Source: Lingula anatina | Taxonomy: Eukaryota > Animalia > Brachiopoda | Assembly: GCA_051362555.1 (NCBI GenBank) | Contig: CM120640.1 | Location: 23,608,225 to 23,672,224 of the forward strand | DNA length: 64,000 nt | Direction of reading: 5' to 3' | Made by a program: the position numbers and the translations under genes | Shown here: positions 22,163-35,103 of the stretch, piece by piece | How positions within the stretch are numbered: position 1 is the first letter of the stretch | Layout of the letters: every line of letters begins with the position of its first letter | Notes under the pieces: generated by a model | Databases searched by the model: none | The model's input: the letters and a program-made list of their open reading frames with translations, nothing else | What the model was told of the DNA's origin: nothing

Positions 22163-25100
22163 GTATGTTTTTTTATACTTATTATTATTCTTAATTAAAT
22201 TCCATTTTTACCCTTGCAGTGTAACCTCTTCGACTACAATGCTTAAATTACTTTGAGCACACTACAGACATTATATTGTTGTTATTTGTGACTTCATCGC
22301 CTTGCGATTATAGCTTCATATTATAACTGTATTATTTGTTGTAAGTGAATAGTTTTTATTTAAATCGAGATTCTTTTTTTAAATTCACGATTTGAAGAAA
22401 TATACTCCCAAAAGAAGTAAGACTATACTGGATAAAAGAACGCAAATGATTAAGGCACCACGCACAGTGCTGGAACGATCGCGGCATACAATCCTTCTTC
22501 AAATATCAATCCTAATACCATATTTCCTATCACTTAGCGCTTTTTATTGCTGTGTGTTGTTGCGTAACTCAACGTTTACGCCCATATGATCTGGTATGAC
22601 ATCTTAGGTCAACAAAGTCCATCACATTGAGATCTTATAGATTCAATGTGACTTACAATATTATCACATGGGCATAGGCACACTCTTATTCCAACTATGA
22701 TTAATGAATTCACGTGAGTTGCCACATCAACCTTCAGAATCGCATAAACATCTACGTTGATTTTAATTCAAAGAAGACCTGAGGGTTAGAACAGGTTATA
22801 TCTTCATGTCAAATAAACCAAAGAATTTTGTGACCCTTTACTGCATCGTATTTGAACCACACAATCGAGTGTAAAACACCGCATGACGCCACTAGGTCTT
22901 TTCATTACAGGCATAGTGGTAATAGGCTTAGTATTAGAATTTTATTATTAACTTTAGGTAATAAAGTATAGTAGAACACACATACAAAACATACGATGTC
23001 CAACTTAAGCAAAAACCATTACAACATAAGTGCATAAGTTTCACATTCCGTCACTTATCCTTAGGGATCAGCGCAGGACTGCAAGATATGGGGTCAACTC
23101 AAAATGGACATCTAACTGTGCAATTTGAAGGTCTTTCAGCGGATGTAAAATATAAATTTAGGAGTTGACATGAACGTAATCACCGAAAACTGCACGAATT
23201 TTTATCGACCTAAACTACACAGCATTAGAGCGCATATCTTGACAGAGATATCCAGTTTTCTTTATGACGTAACGATTATCTGTATAATTATAGTTATCGT
23301 AGTTATTTTTATGGCGATTCTATTTTTTTGCTAGCGGCGTTGCGTAGATCTTTTCAAGATTTGCATTATTATTATTTTTATTTTATTTTTATTTTTTTAT
23401 GTCAGAATTGGAGTTGTCCCTACTGTACAACTGGGAAATGCATTGGGACTGATCGTCGGATTTGGAGTATTTGCTGCTTTGGTAGCACTGGCTTTCTCCC
23501 TGGTGCGGCGGTTCGTGTATCATGACGCTGATAATTTGGATACGGCATTCGATGCGGGCGGAAAGGTGAGTTGTTTAAGTGCATAGTTTGTGAGTTATTA
23601 AGTCAATGTCAAATCAAAGTCACAGACATGTAAATCTAGGCCTATTTTAAGTACAAATTCAGACGAACGGCGTCGCAAACGACAATAACAATCTCACATT
23701 TTTCTGAAGATCATGTTGGTCTTATTCAAGGGAGAAAGCTCACGTTGTATATAAGCAGGGGCGGATCCAGGAATATTTGAAGGGGGGGGGGGGGGGGTAG
23801 GTCCGCAGATGCTAAGCCGACCCGAACCCACCCGATACGTAGTAACTGTTATATTTAATGATGTCTGCACCCATGCGCTATTTATTCCGCGAGTAGTAGA
23901 CCGCATGCAAAATGAAGTCTTGCATTCATATATACTCTGGATTATCTAGAATTGGCGATTAGAATTGATATGTTCTTCGTATAATGTAAGTTCACTGGTT
24001 TATAAAAATATTTTTAGAATGTAGGATTGCATAATTAACACGCTCTTAATGTTAGCGAATGCAATCTAATGCTGGAAAGGGTTTTTTTTTTTCAGAAAAG
24101 GGATCATTTCACTGCAATGTTTATCTATGTCAGTCGTGTCATACAGTGAAGTCAAGAAAGTGAAAATATATCCATGGCACCAACGTTTGATTTATTTCCC
24201 TCGTTTAATTTTCTTAATTTGTGAACCGTTCGCTCGTAACCGCCATTAATCTAACAACATTAAACTTGGCTGACGAAATTTGTAGATATGGTTTATAAAT
24301 CAGTCTTATTTTGGGCCAGAATTGCTAAGCGTCATCTTGTTAAGCTCGTACTGTAATTTCTGTATGAAATATTCAGTACACGCAGTACTTGGGAAATTTA
24401 GTAAGCCCCCATCAAATTAAAGTGTGGTTCCTATTTACCGCACTCCACTGCGTCTTAGTGCTGTTTACAATAGATGACAACACATAAACATGTCTAGCCT
24501 ATATATATATATTTTTTTTGCCCCGATTCAGAGTTCTCACCTCCCTAGGGAGGCAACAGCCCAGCTTCCGTAGATAACATACTTGGTGCTGGACCAGGTA
24601 CTTAGGCTTCGTTCACATGGAATGTCTATTTTCTAAAAATCTATTTTCTATTCGCGCTATCTTATGATCACGGTCTGTGCCCTGAATATCCCGCCGCGTA
24701 ATTACTGCCAGCGCGAGCCAGTTACTTATAGTAACTTATTGTAACTGGCTCGCGCTGCCAGTAATTACGCCGCGGGATATTCAGGGCACAGACCGTGATC
24801 ATAAGACATACCGCGAATAGAAAATAGAATTTAGAAAATAGACATTGCATGTGAACGAAGCCTAAAGCCTAAAGCATGCAATGTCCTTCAACCCCAATTG
24901 GTGCTGAGTGCCAAGTGGACAGACACAGGGACCGTTTATCGAGGATTGGCATGTCCCAGGACGGGGTCGAGCCCACGTCCTCACACTCTGCTGGCGGGCA
25001 CTCTGACCACAATGTCATCCAGTTGGTTTTTTATCAAAGCGATGGAACATATCAGCCTACCACATATACTAGTATATTTCTGTATTGAAATATACTAAAA

Positions 25101-28100
25101 TGTTCCTTTTATAAACACGTGGAAGGGAAAGTGCATTTTCAGTAAGACATTTGAATAAATGAATAAAGTAGTGACAAATATGCTGTCATAGTTTCTTGAT
25201 ACATGTGTATATTTTCGGTGGAGGTTTTGATATGTAGGTAGATAAAATAGTGTTGACTTTTTTATCTTCATCACAAACATTCGAACTTACTTTTAAAATA
25301 TTTTGTTCACTTTCAGTGGCGTTTTTTTTTATTATCATAATGCTACCGGTAGTTTAGCGGAATCTCAATTTACATATTAAATGGGAAATTTAGCCTCAAA
25401 ATAGCATCCCTATTTTATGAGACCGCAAAACCATCCGCGCTGCCCACTTGTCATTATCACTGTAACTGGGGATATATGAGCACTCGTCAGGCTTATAAAT
25501 ATTAATTAACTGGTTAATGACGTTATCGTTTGAGCCTTCTATGTCTCTTCTTGGAGGCACCAACCCTCAAGCTTCATCCCCGCGTCACCAGGCAATGAGA
25601 GAAAAGTACCTTACCTCACCATTACCTTATTTACTTATGCACGGGTTGATTACACGGTAACGTCTTTTCGGGGTTCGGGCGTAGAAGTAGGATATATATA
25701 TTAATTGAGATTCCAGACGATAAAAGCTGTGAAATCTGAGTCTGAGTAAATATATTCAAACTGAAAAGCAGAATTTATTCATTTAAAGGTAGACTTTGGC
25801 CTGTTGTATTATGCAACGGACTAATACCCCGTTCACACTACGCTCAGTTATCCGGATAAATTGCGAATAAGGTCACAATTCGAATAAATGCAGTAGTGTG
25901 AACGCAAGAGGATTTTTGTAATGCGCATTTTCAAAATCCTGCAAGCGAGGTGGATTTCTAAGCGCGATCCGGATAACTTACCGGAATCGACACCTGTACA
26001 GATCTAACTGCGCATGTGTGCAGATAAGTGCGGGTATCTATGAACGCTTGTTTATTACTTTAGCGATTGCACCAAACGTATTTGGAGGCCACCACTCACT
26101 ACAACATGAGGAAACAAACTTATTTTGCCATCTTATACTTCTCAAGAATGCTGGAATGTCTTTAGAGTTGCATTTGTCGTCACAAATTTTTGTTGGTATT
26201 TTAAGATTTCCTGTGCGGCGCATGCGTGAGTGTTCAAAACAGGAAGTTAAACCTGAAATTTTCAACGTGTAGCCTAATTCGGTTTCGCTTAGCGTGTGTG
26301 AACGCAATACCGAATCGAATTCCTCACGAAAAATTCGGATTATAGAAATGCGCATTTTTGCAACTGTAGTGTGAATGGGGTATAAATCTAGCACACGTTG
26401 TGTTGACCTGGTAGAAGGCTGGAACCGGATTGTGGGTGAGGGGGCATGGGGAGGTAACATTGATGTTAAGTTCCACAAACAACCCCCGACAAACAATGAT
26501 AATTTTTCATTCCGCAGCATAAAGCGACAAGCCAGCGTTAACAAATGTTGTCACTTAACAAAGAATAGCAGAAAAGAAACCCTCCGACCTTTTTAACCAA
26601 TATCGTGCCAGTAGTTGAGGTAGTATGTGACATGTGTTCTAAGATGATATTGTTGTATTACTCACTGGAATATTTTGTACTTTGCATCCACACGACACGT
26701 GATGTCTTGGCCTAGATGGACCCCATTTGAAAATGTAAATTTTAATTTAAAAATTCTTTTAATTTTTCGTTTGTCAAACAACAGAATCATAGGGACCATT
26801 CCCACAGATATTTGGATCGATCTATCTCCCTGGGGAGTCTCACTAAATTGCTATCAAACTAACCGGCTTAAACGTCTGTCACGCCTAGTAAAGCTGTTAG
26901 GGGGTAATTATCTTTACCCCTAGCTGATTCGGTAGGCGTGACAGACATTTAAGCCGGCAAGTTGATAGCAATTTAGTGAGACTCCCCAGGGAGTTAGACC
27001 GATCAAGATGGATCGATCTAGGCATGGGAACCCAGTCTTAGAGGATGGAGGGGGAATTGGGCCTATATAGCTTCTGACGTATCCCCTATCCCCCCTTCCT
27101 TCTCACATAAGAAAAGTGTCGGAAAGAGACAACATCGAGCGATTTTTTCATCCCTGTTCCTCACATATATAGTAAAATTGTCTTCGTCTACTGTTATATA
27201 CTTGGATAAGAAAGCGAACCCAAATTAAGCAAACAGAAAAAAATAATATCACTTGCGCATGTACCCCGATTAGCAATTGTACATGTACCCCGATTAGCAT
27301 AATAAGTATATATCAAATTCGATGGTTTGCAGCCGCGTAACTCACCCCTACCATCCCCACCCCCACTCTTGGAACACGCAAGTGCATGTCCAGACCACCT
27401 GATCACACCGTGCATTTGGGTGAGTGTACCGGTAGTGTCTTCTGATATGTGACACGACCCAGATTTGGTCTTAATATGGTGTGACCCTTCCAATCGGTTT
27501 TCATGCGAAGATTTCTGGTGGATTTCAAGTAGGTGAAGTTAAAAAAAATATATTTGCAAAAGTGGGTCATTACATATCGTTTTTACGTTTGGCTGTTATC
27601 AACTTAACTAATTAAAGAGTGGGATGCTAATTAAGCGCGTTTTTATACAAGACTTGTGAGCTATTAGATAGCTAGACTCAAGTACATGTATCGCTGATGT
27701 ATGTGTAAAACTTCGAGAAACAGACCGAGTTATATCTCTTTCCCTTTGAAATTGACAAAAGATGGAGAGTAGGTCCCAATAAAACCAGTAATAAAATTTT
27801 TACTATTCGTGAACCTTATATTTTATTAAGGTCTGTGATAGTTTTTACGGAAGACTAATAGTTGCCCTTGAAAATTTAAACGTTAGGTAAATGTACATAT
27901 TAAGTAGGAGAATTTTACAATAGACAGTGGTTAACCCCCGTCAAGTTTTCATTAGCAATTGTATCGACCATCTTCGTCAGGACTGCGACGCAGGTCGCGG
28001 TGCACCACAGCAATAAGTGAGCGCTGTGTGGGGTTTCCTAGGCGTGACATATCGACTGCAAACAAATTTTTGTCGGTTTTCAGATTATTCAACGACACAT

Positions 28101-31100
28101 AGACGGAATTTCTGGTCCAGTATCCCCTTAAATCAAAGCTTTGGTTCTTGGATAGATTCTATAGATGCTATAGTTCTATAGATTCTCCGTGTGTGTGCGC
28201 CATATAGTATCTTTTTTAAATACTATGGTCAACTCCTCTTTATGGCCAAACTGCAATGGCGTATCTTGGATAGATATGAATTCAACAACTGTAAATTATG
28301 TTTTGTGTTTGGTAATTTATAATTTCAGGTATCAATTGGATTGACAGCTACAACTATTGTGTCACAATGGACGTGGTCGGCAACCTTGTTACAGTCAGCC
28401 ACAGTCGCAAGCAAGGTAATGTATAATACTATATAATAGTGTATATTGTCAAAGAAATGTCAAAGAAATGTTATTACATTATGAATTCCACGAACTGGTA
28501 TAGAAGTTTTACATAAAGAGACCACCCGCAGCTAAAAAATATCGCACTAGTTCACTAAAAAAAATGACTACTGTTTGTTCATGGTCGTTGCCCCTTCGCA
28601 CCTGAAACTTAAATTATTGAACCAAGAGAAAAGAACACTGTGACAAGCTTAAAATATATCATGCAACTTCAGAATAAACTAAAGAAAAGTGCAACGGAGT
28701 GTATAGAGTAAGCACATAAAAGTATGTAGAATCATTGTGAAGTTGTCTGGTGCATAATGCCTTAAGGTAAATAGCCTTAACGACAGCGATTCTGCTCTCC
28801 TATGTGTTAAACCTCGGTTGGAATGGCATACAATGTACTTTAAGATTTCTAGAGACATAGAGTTTACCTCTACACATGATGTGAATAGCAAATACACAAA
28901 GGTTATAACCTTTGTGTTTTACAAAGTAAGTTTCGTGATGCGACAGATTACCCAATACTAAAGATTTATTGCCAGTTTTTAAAAACTGGGATAGAGTCAT
29001 AAATGAAAATTATCAAACACAAGCCGAAAATCTTTCGTACCGTTAGCTTACTTGGGTTAGCCCACTGATATATATACCTGAATTTAGAAAGATAAATAAG
29101 TGAATGCACACGACTGTTTGCCTCTCTGTTTGCTTCTTGGCGTTAAATTTCCAATCTTTTTCTAAATATATTTCCTTTCGATTTTTGAGCACTGGCAAAT
29201 AAGTTGATCAAAATTTCTGTCTCATTTTTACACGTTAATTTCTATTAAGAATCCATTTGCAAAGCAAAAATAGTACGGAAAGGGGTTGCTGCGGGTTGGC
29301 ATTAAACCTTCCAGTTAGTTTACGATAGGATCATTGGAAGCTCCAATGGAAACCAATGTTGACACAAATTGTGATACCTGCAATCTTTAATCGTATGGCA
29401 TAGTTATCTATCATGAAACCCCCCACTTACCAAGGAAAATGGGGCAAAATAGAAAAAAAGTTATCATAAAAGCAAGCATTGTTGCGTTTTCCATACGTTT
29501 TTATATTTTGTTACAGATGAATTTCTTGGCAATCATAGACGAATTTGTTTTGACTGTAAAATCAGTAATTTGCCAAACTTTAAAAGAGGTTATTGTTATG
29601 ATAGTTCACGCGCACTCGCGAAAGCGTGCGCGCGTGTACACACACACGCACGCTGACACAGGATAGATTTTTTTTTACATTTGTTTAATTAACCTTTTGT
29701 TTTTGAAGTACGGGATAAGCGGACCATTCTGGTATGCAGCTGGGGCCACTATCCAGGTTATTCTCTTCGCCATCCTTTCAATTGAGCTCAAAACTAAAGC
29801 GCCTGGTGCAAAGACATTTCTACAGGTGAGCATAAAAATATTGACAAACAGGTTAATCTCTTAAAATATTTACAAGTCCGGTTAAACGTCACTTCTGCCA
29901 CAAAGCAAGCATGAACTACTCCGACAGAATACCAATGATGGGGCTGCAATATAGTGAAACACAGGAAAACACATTGTTCAATTCCGCCCTTTAGATATAA
30001 TTCATTAGCAGCCTTCAAATTTGTTGGAGAGAATTCAAGTGCAGTGACACACGCCAGCAACGTAATCATTAATCTCACATCCTGCTCGGATTGGTGACAC
30101 AGCATGTAGAACTGTAACCCCTTAATGTGCATTACTCTAGCAGTTAGTTCTGTTCCGTTACCTTGATGATTGTGTAATGGACATTGTTTAATGCAGGTAT
30201 GTCAGTGGTTTTTTGAGAACTGTCTCAGCAGAAAAGACAAATATATGCCTATAGTTTTCGAAATATTCCACATTTGAGCAAGAGTGTAGTGTCCTAATTT
30301 TGAGAAATAATACGCTCAAAATTAAATATTAATTTTATTACTTCGTAGCGTTAAAACGTTGTAAAATAATTAATAGTGTTGTGATGTATTGTCTGATTCC
30401 TTTTAAACATTCCTTTTAAATCGGTCTCTGGCCAGATATTTCGCATTTTTAACAGAAATATTTTATACCCTCTGCGCGCAGGTCATCAAAGCTCGATTTG
30501 GAACAACCACCCATGTGACTTTCTGTGTCTTTGCTGGCTTCACAAACCTCGTGGTAACGGCGTCGTTGCTGTTGGCCGGCACTGCGGTCCTCACCAGTTT
30601 GGTTCAGGGTCTAAGCCTGGAGTTGGCCTGCATGATTCTGTCGGCTGTCATAGGGGCCTACACCCTTATTGGTGGGCTAGGAGCTACTTTTTATGTCTCT
30701 TACTTCAACACTACCCTGATATTCTCAATGCTGCTTCTCCTGGTGATCGAAGTGTACTACAACCCGTATGAAAATTCGAGAAACCCCATTGGAAGTTCAT
30801 CGAAAATGTACCAATTCCTGGACTGTATCAATGGTCCAAGTGGCAACGAAGAAAACAGTTATCTGACCTTTATATCCAGCGGAGGCTTGATGTTTGGTGT
30901 CATCAACATAGTTGGTAACTTTGGCGCTGTATTTTGTGATCAGTCCTACTGGCAGAGCAGCATCGCAGCCAAACCCATTCAAGGAGTGTGGGGGTTCATC
31001 TCCGGGGGATTGACGTGGTTCGCTATTCCTTTCACCATGGCCACCACGATGGGATTGTCCTATCTCGCCCTCTCGGCAGATTCCGGCCAGGCATTGCTGA

Positions 31101-33174
31101 CTCCAACGCAAATAGATCAAGGTGAATTTGAATTCTTATGTATACAAAGAAAGCAAGGGAAAAAAATGAAGTTGTGATTATGTCCAATTTTTAAAAAAGA
31201 AGAGTAGACGAAACGCGACATTTACATAAACAATTACTTTTAACGAAAATACAATTTCAAATAATTGCTACGGATTCAAAGGGAAACTAAAAGACTGTTT
31301 TGAAAGACAACGTTATGATCGGCTATGCACGATATGTCTAAAAGTGAAATACAAAAAGAAAAACAAACAGCGTGGTTTGAACAAGGCTTTAATAACGCTT
31401 TCACTTTCGATTTCAGGCCTCGTTCCACCTCTCGTTGCACAGAAACTGCTGGGCACAGCTGGCGAGTTTGTCATGCTGATGTTGATTCTGATGGCGGTGA
31501 TGTCCACAGGTTCTGCAGAAGTTATCGCTGTAGCTTCCATCATTATATATGATATCTATAAAACTTACATTAATCCATACAGGTACTTAATGCACCGCTA
31601 ATTTTGCTTTGGTTGTATGTTGTATTTTGTCGTATTACACTATTAAGTTAATAAGATATGATTTTTTCATAGTCATGAATTAAATGCATCAAATTACACT
31701 GATATCCATTAAAAGTATGACATTCAGATCTATTTGTGTAATTTGATAGAACTTACGACTTCGGCAGTAAATAATTTAAATGCCACACAGTTGATTAAAA
31801 AAACGTCAAATTTATTTTAAGGAAAGACATCCCTGAAAGCCACTGTGTCCTGTGCGGAAAAGACATGACGCATGAATGCACGTGCATTCCCGTCACCCAG
31901 TGCAGCGCGTGCCATGAGGATGTCCACGAGGCACACTCCACACACAAGTTGGGTGTCAAACCGTTCAACAAGTGCACAACCCATGGGCTGTACCGTGAAT
32001 ACTTGGCAATGCTGCTGAACTATAAAAGTTGGTGTATCCTCTGGGTGACTGCCTTCACTATTCCGTTGGTGCTTCTCTGCAACGCCGCCAGTCTCAATCT
32101 CAGCTGGCTTTACTTGTTCACCGGTGTTTTAATCGGCTCCACCGTCATCCCAATTAGTCTGTCTATCACTTGGTCCAGGATTAACGCGCCAGGGATGGTA
32201 TCAGGTAGGCATATACATATTTATGATATCATATAATATTGTTATGATACAATTCCGTGGTCGAAACTCAGATATTAGTGCGTACCGAACAGATAAAGAA
32301 AAAAGTATAGATGAACTTAAGATATAGCCTGCCCCAAGAATACCGAAGAGATAAAGAAATAAGTATAGAAATGTGCCGAGAATATCGAAGGCGTTTGATC
32401 TTATGATCTATAGATTTTCAATGAGAATTAAAAATTGTCCCAAGTGTTCTCAGATACATTACTTTATATTTTTTCTCTGTTGTTTCTTTTTTATACAAAA
32501 CATTTTCTTTAAAAAAGGCCCTGCTGCTTTTAGATGCCTGTTGCTTAAAAATTTTATTGCTTGTAGGTGCCGTTTGTGGATGCATCTTGGGGTTAGGCTC
32601 ATGGCTTGTAACGGCCTCTCAACACGAAGGTGGACTGAGTGACTTTATCCAAAATACCGGCAAAGAAGACAGCATGCTTGTAGGCAACTGTGTAGCTATC
32701 GGATCTGGAGGGATAATCTGCATCGTAGTAAGTCTCATCACAAACAGGCGGTTCAGAAGTGAAGACGCTGTCAAAGAATGGGAAAAGACGCGCAACGTAG
32801 ACAACCCGCTCAATCCGTGGGTTCACCTGTACGAAGATCTACCCAGGGAGAAAAAAGACGAGCGACCATCTCACGAAGAATTCTTGAAGATCTTCCGCAG
32901 CGCAAAGATCACCGCCTACGTTGCTGGCATAATCTTGTCTGTTGTTCTCATCATCATATGGCCGGCCATAATGGCAGGGTTGAGGGTGTTGAATGAGACC
33001 ATGTTCATTGGTTGGGCCTATGTGTCGCAGGTGTGGGCCTTCCTGGCAGCAGCTTTCATTATCAGCGTCCCACTGGTCCAGGAAATTTGGGGTATATGGA
33101 GGCAGTACAAACGCAACAAGGTGAAAGACATGCAGGAGGAAAAATACGCCGTACCTCCGCAAACTAAACTGTAG
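21990..33174 (+). CDS. DUR3: DUR3-like urea (proton/sodium) symporter, SSS/SLC5 superfamily; complete, 8 exons, 777 aa
   Basis: Exons 21990-22162, 23406-23565, 28329-28415, 29709-29825, 30482-31121, 31417-31582, 31822-32204 and 32567-33174 join in frame (2334 nt). DUR3 signatures: [110 protein letters not shown]...[10 protein letters not shown]. The start codon is the least certain part. Confidence 0.93.
23406..23565 (+). CDS. DUR3: DUR3-like exon 2 (first TM; ...AFDAGGK)
   Basis: Long poly-T tract plus CAG acceptor, GTGAG donor. Confidence 0.9.
24500..25025 (-). mobile_element. tRNA-derived SINE (interrupted by a MITE)
   Basis: On the - strand: A-box-like TGACATTGTGG, B-box-like GGGCTCGACCCC (24963-24974), body motif CTTGGCACTCAGCA, and an A/TA-rich tail at ~24500-24519. 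Confidence 0.55.
24605..24862. mobile_element. Near-perfect palindromic PIF/Harbinger-like MITE
   Basis: GGCTTCGTTCACATG...CATGTGAACGAAGCC, ~120-bp arms with a ~15-nt loop, TTA/TAA flanks. Confidence 0.85.
25825..26382. mobile_element. Non-autonomous PIF/Harbinger-like element
   Basis: TIR TACCCCGTTCACACTAC...GTAGTGTGAATGGGGTA with TAA/TAA TSD; internal GTGTGAACGCAA repeats. Confidence 0.75.
26790..27040. mobile_element. Foldback MITE family copy 1
   Basis: Internal palindrome (CTCCCTGGGGAGTCTCACTAAATTGCTATCAA / TTGATAGCAATTTAGTGAGACTCCCCAGGGAG); ends TAGGGACCATTCCCA...TGGGAACCCAGTCTTA are shared with 43119-43550. Confidence 0.75.
28329..28415 (+). CDS. DUR3: DUR3-like exon 3 ([29 protein letters not shown])
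   Basis: AG/GT boundaries; DUR3 WTW motif. Confidence 0.94.
29709..29825 (+). CDS. DUR3: DUR3-like exon 4 ([16 protein letters not shown]...APGAKTFLQ)
   Basis: AG/GT boundaries; conserved. Confidence 0.94.
30482..31121 (+). CDS. DUR3: DUR3-like exon 5
   Basis: AG/GT boundaries; overlaps the 220-aa ORF; [13 protein letters not shown]. Confidence 0.94.
31417..31582 (+). CDS. DUR3: DUR3-like exon 6 (GLVPP...[12 protein letters not shown])
   Basis: AG/GT boundaries; conserved. Confidence 0.93.
31822..32204 (+). CDS. DUR3: DUR3-like exon 7 (Cys/His-rich loop plus TMs)
   Basis: TTTTAAG acceptor, GTAGG donor; [18 protein letters not shown] motif. Confidence 0.9.
32567..33174 (+). CDS. DUR3: DUR3-like exon 8 (terminal; ...VPPQTKL*)
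   Basis: TTGTAG acceptor; tandem TAG TAG stops; IIIWP motif. Confidence 0.93.
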
Positions 33175-33998
33175 TAGTTGAGCATTGGTTCGTTGATTTT
33201 CACACATTCAGACAAAACCGAAATAGGCCCTAAGTTTAAAATTATTACAACGAAGTTAAAATGTAGATAAATCCATTACTAACGGATGTAAATAACTAGT
33301 ATTAGAACAAGATGAAGCCAAACTATGATTAAACATTCGATGGGATTTCCAAAATGAAAAGTACACTAAGCGTTCCATATCATGGTGTCAAATTTTTCAG
33401 TAACATCAGATGGATGAGTTTTTTGCTTGACTTAACTTGGGGGGGGGGGGGTAGTAAATGAAAAAATACAAATGTAGGCCGTTGTTGTTAAGCTGAAACG
33501 TAGTGTATTCAAGATCACTGGCATTTGTGTCTGACGATCCAGCAGTAGACAAGGTGACGCGTACGTTAACTTACATGTATGTCTGCGACAAAGTTGGGAA
33601 CGAAAAAGGAATGTTGTCCTCGTATCTGAGCTCGGGACGTTTTAATTAATCTTTCTGAAGGCAAACCAAGCTTTCTAGAGTATTCTATTACTAAAGTAAT
33701 ATATATGACGGGTGCAGTTGCAGTAGCTGATATACATATATATATATATACTACGAACTGTTTTATAATGTTAATTTTTTTGTTATTAAGTGCACTGCAT
33801 AATATACATTGTCAAAATTCTGAGTGCGATAGTTTAAGAATGGGCCTCATAGTATAAGTGTCCGTGCAAAGGTGAACTGAATTTATGAGTCGAAGTAAGC
33901 ACCAATCAGAATCGCAAAATATATAGGCCTACCTCATTTTCAGAATTTCGCCTATGCCTTATACAAAACAAAGTTTGTGCCTTCTTTATTTTTAATAC

Positions 33999-34004
33999 AA
34001 TAAA
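33999..34004 (+). terminator. Candidate polyadenylation signal of the DUR3-like gene
   Basis: AATAAA about 825 nt after the stop, followed by T/GT-rich sequence; this motif is common in AT-rich DNA. Confidence 0.35.
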
Positions 34005-35103
34005 CTTCTTTATTCAAATGTGAAATTGCTTTTTTAACTACTCAATTTTAAACTGTTTCGGTGAAGATATTGCATGTACATCTGAAACCTTATTTGATGT
34101 ACATTGTACATTCCACGCGAGCTGCAACATATATTAAATACTCATAACTCACATATATATATAAAATCCAGATTAAAAAATGACTAGGTAAGATTAACAT
34201 TTCCATATAACAGAATAAATATTAAGTGAATATCATCGTAAAAATATTAAAAATACACTATATTCTGTGTTTATATACCCTTTACCATGGTTACAGATTA
34301 ATTTCTCAGTAGATATTCACATATAAGTCTCTGGCTAATTTACTGCAACTTTCTCCACCTTGAGAAAAGTGCACATAGTCGATCACTGGCCCTGTTAGAA
34401 GGTAGCAAAAGTAGGAAATAAGCGGAAAACAGAGTAAAGTAGGCCTACATTTTTTTTCAAAATGCGACTTATGTCACCTTTTCTATCTATCTATCTATCT
34501 ATCTATCAATGATGACTCCATTATATTTCACTCAATAGAATTTCATGATATATTGCCTCTAGCACACAAAAGCTTAATTGGTTATATAGTTTTCGTACTA
34601 TTCCTGTGGCGATCAATCCTAGTCTAAAAACGAAATGCATTCTGGAGTTCCACCTGTAATCTTATAGAAAAGATGATCAATTTATTGATTAATTGCGGAA
34701 TTACTTTTCTCATGGTGTTCCTAACTGTTGTGTCTTTAACCAACAGTGTATTGTAAATACATGTACGATCAAAATTCTGTCTGAATTATAACGCAGTTTG
34801 TTTAAAGTATTCTGATGTGCCCTTAATGCTCTGGGAATTTTGTCCAATTCAGATTTTTTCTAATGTGATGATCAAATTGATAGAGGCCGCAGCAGTCTGG
34901 AAAAGGAACCGGTACCCTTTATATAGAGGTTCTCCACTGCTTTCCCGGTACAGTGCACGTGGGTGTAGTGGAATGCAGCGTTTTAGCGATGTAAATACAT
35001 GTAAATACATGTAAATAGGCTGTTAACCGGAGGACTTAATATAAGCAAATTTCACTACAGTGCCAAGCTGGTCAAAAAGTACTTTGTGCTTTGCCTAGTT
35101 TAA

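Noticed and set aside
24955-25025. Functional tRNA gene
   Set aside because: The A/B boxes are degenerate, I cannot fold a clean cloverleaf, and the sequence continues into a SINE-like body and tail.
26038-26544. 168-aa - strand ORF as a transposase
   Set aside because: It crosses the end of a non-autonomous element, has no DDE or Myb-like motifs and starts at a non-ATG codon; probably a chance ORF.
32283-32369. 29-bp direct repeat in DUR3 intron 7, and similar short duplications at ~27260, ~28447, ~34990 and ~43045
   Set aside because: These are ordinary local slippage duplications with no further structure.
33163-33171. TKL as a peroxisomal PTS1 signal
   Set aside because: PTS1 targets soluble matrix proteins, and this is a polytopic membrane transporter.
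30797-33215. Antisense ORFs (107, 76, 122 aa and others) over DUR3 exons
   Set aside because: They are shadows of the real coding frame and show no independent motifs.
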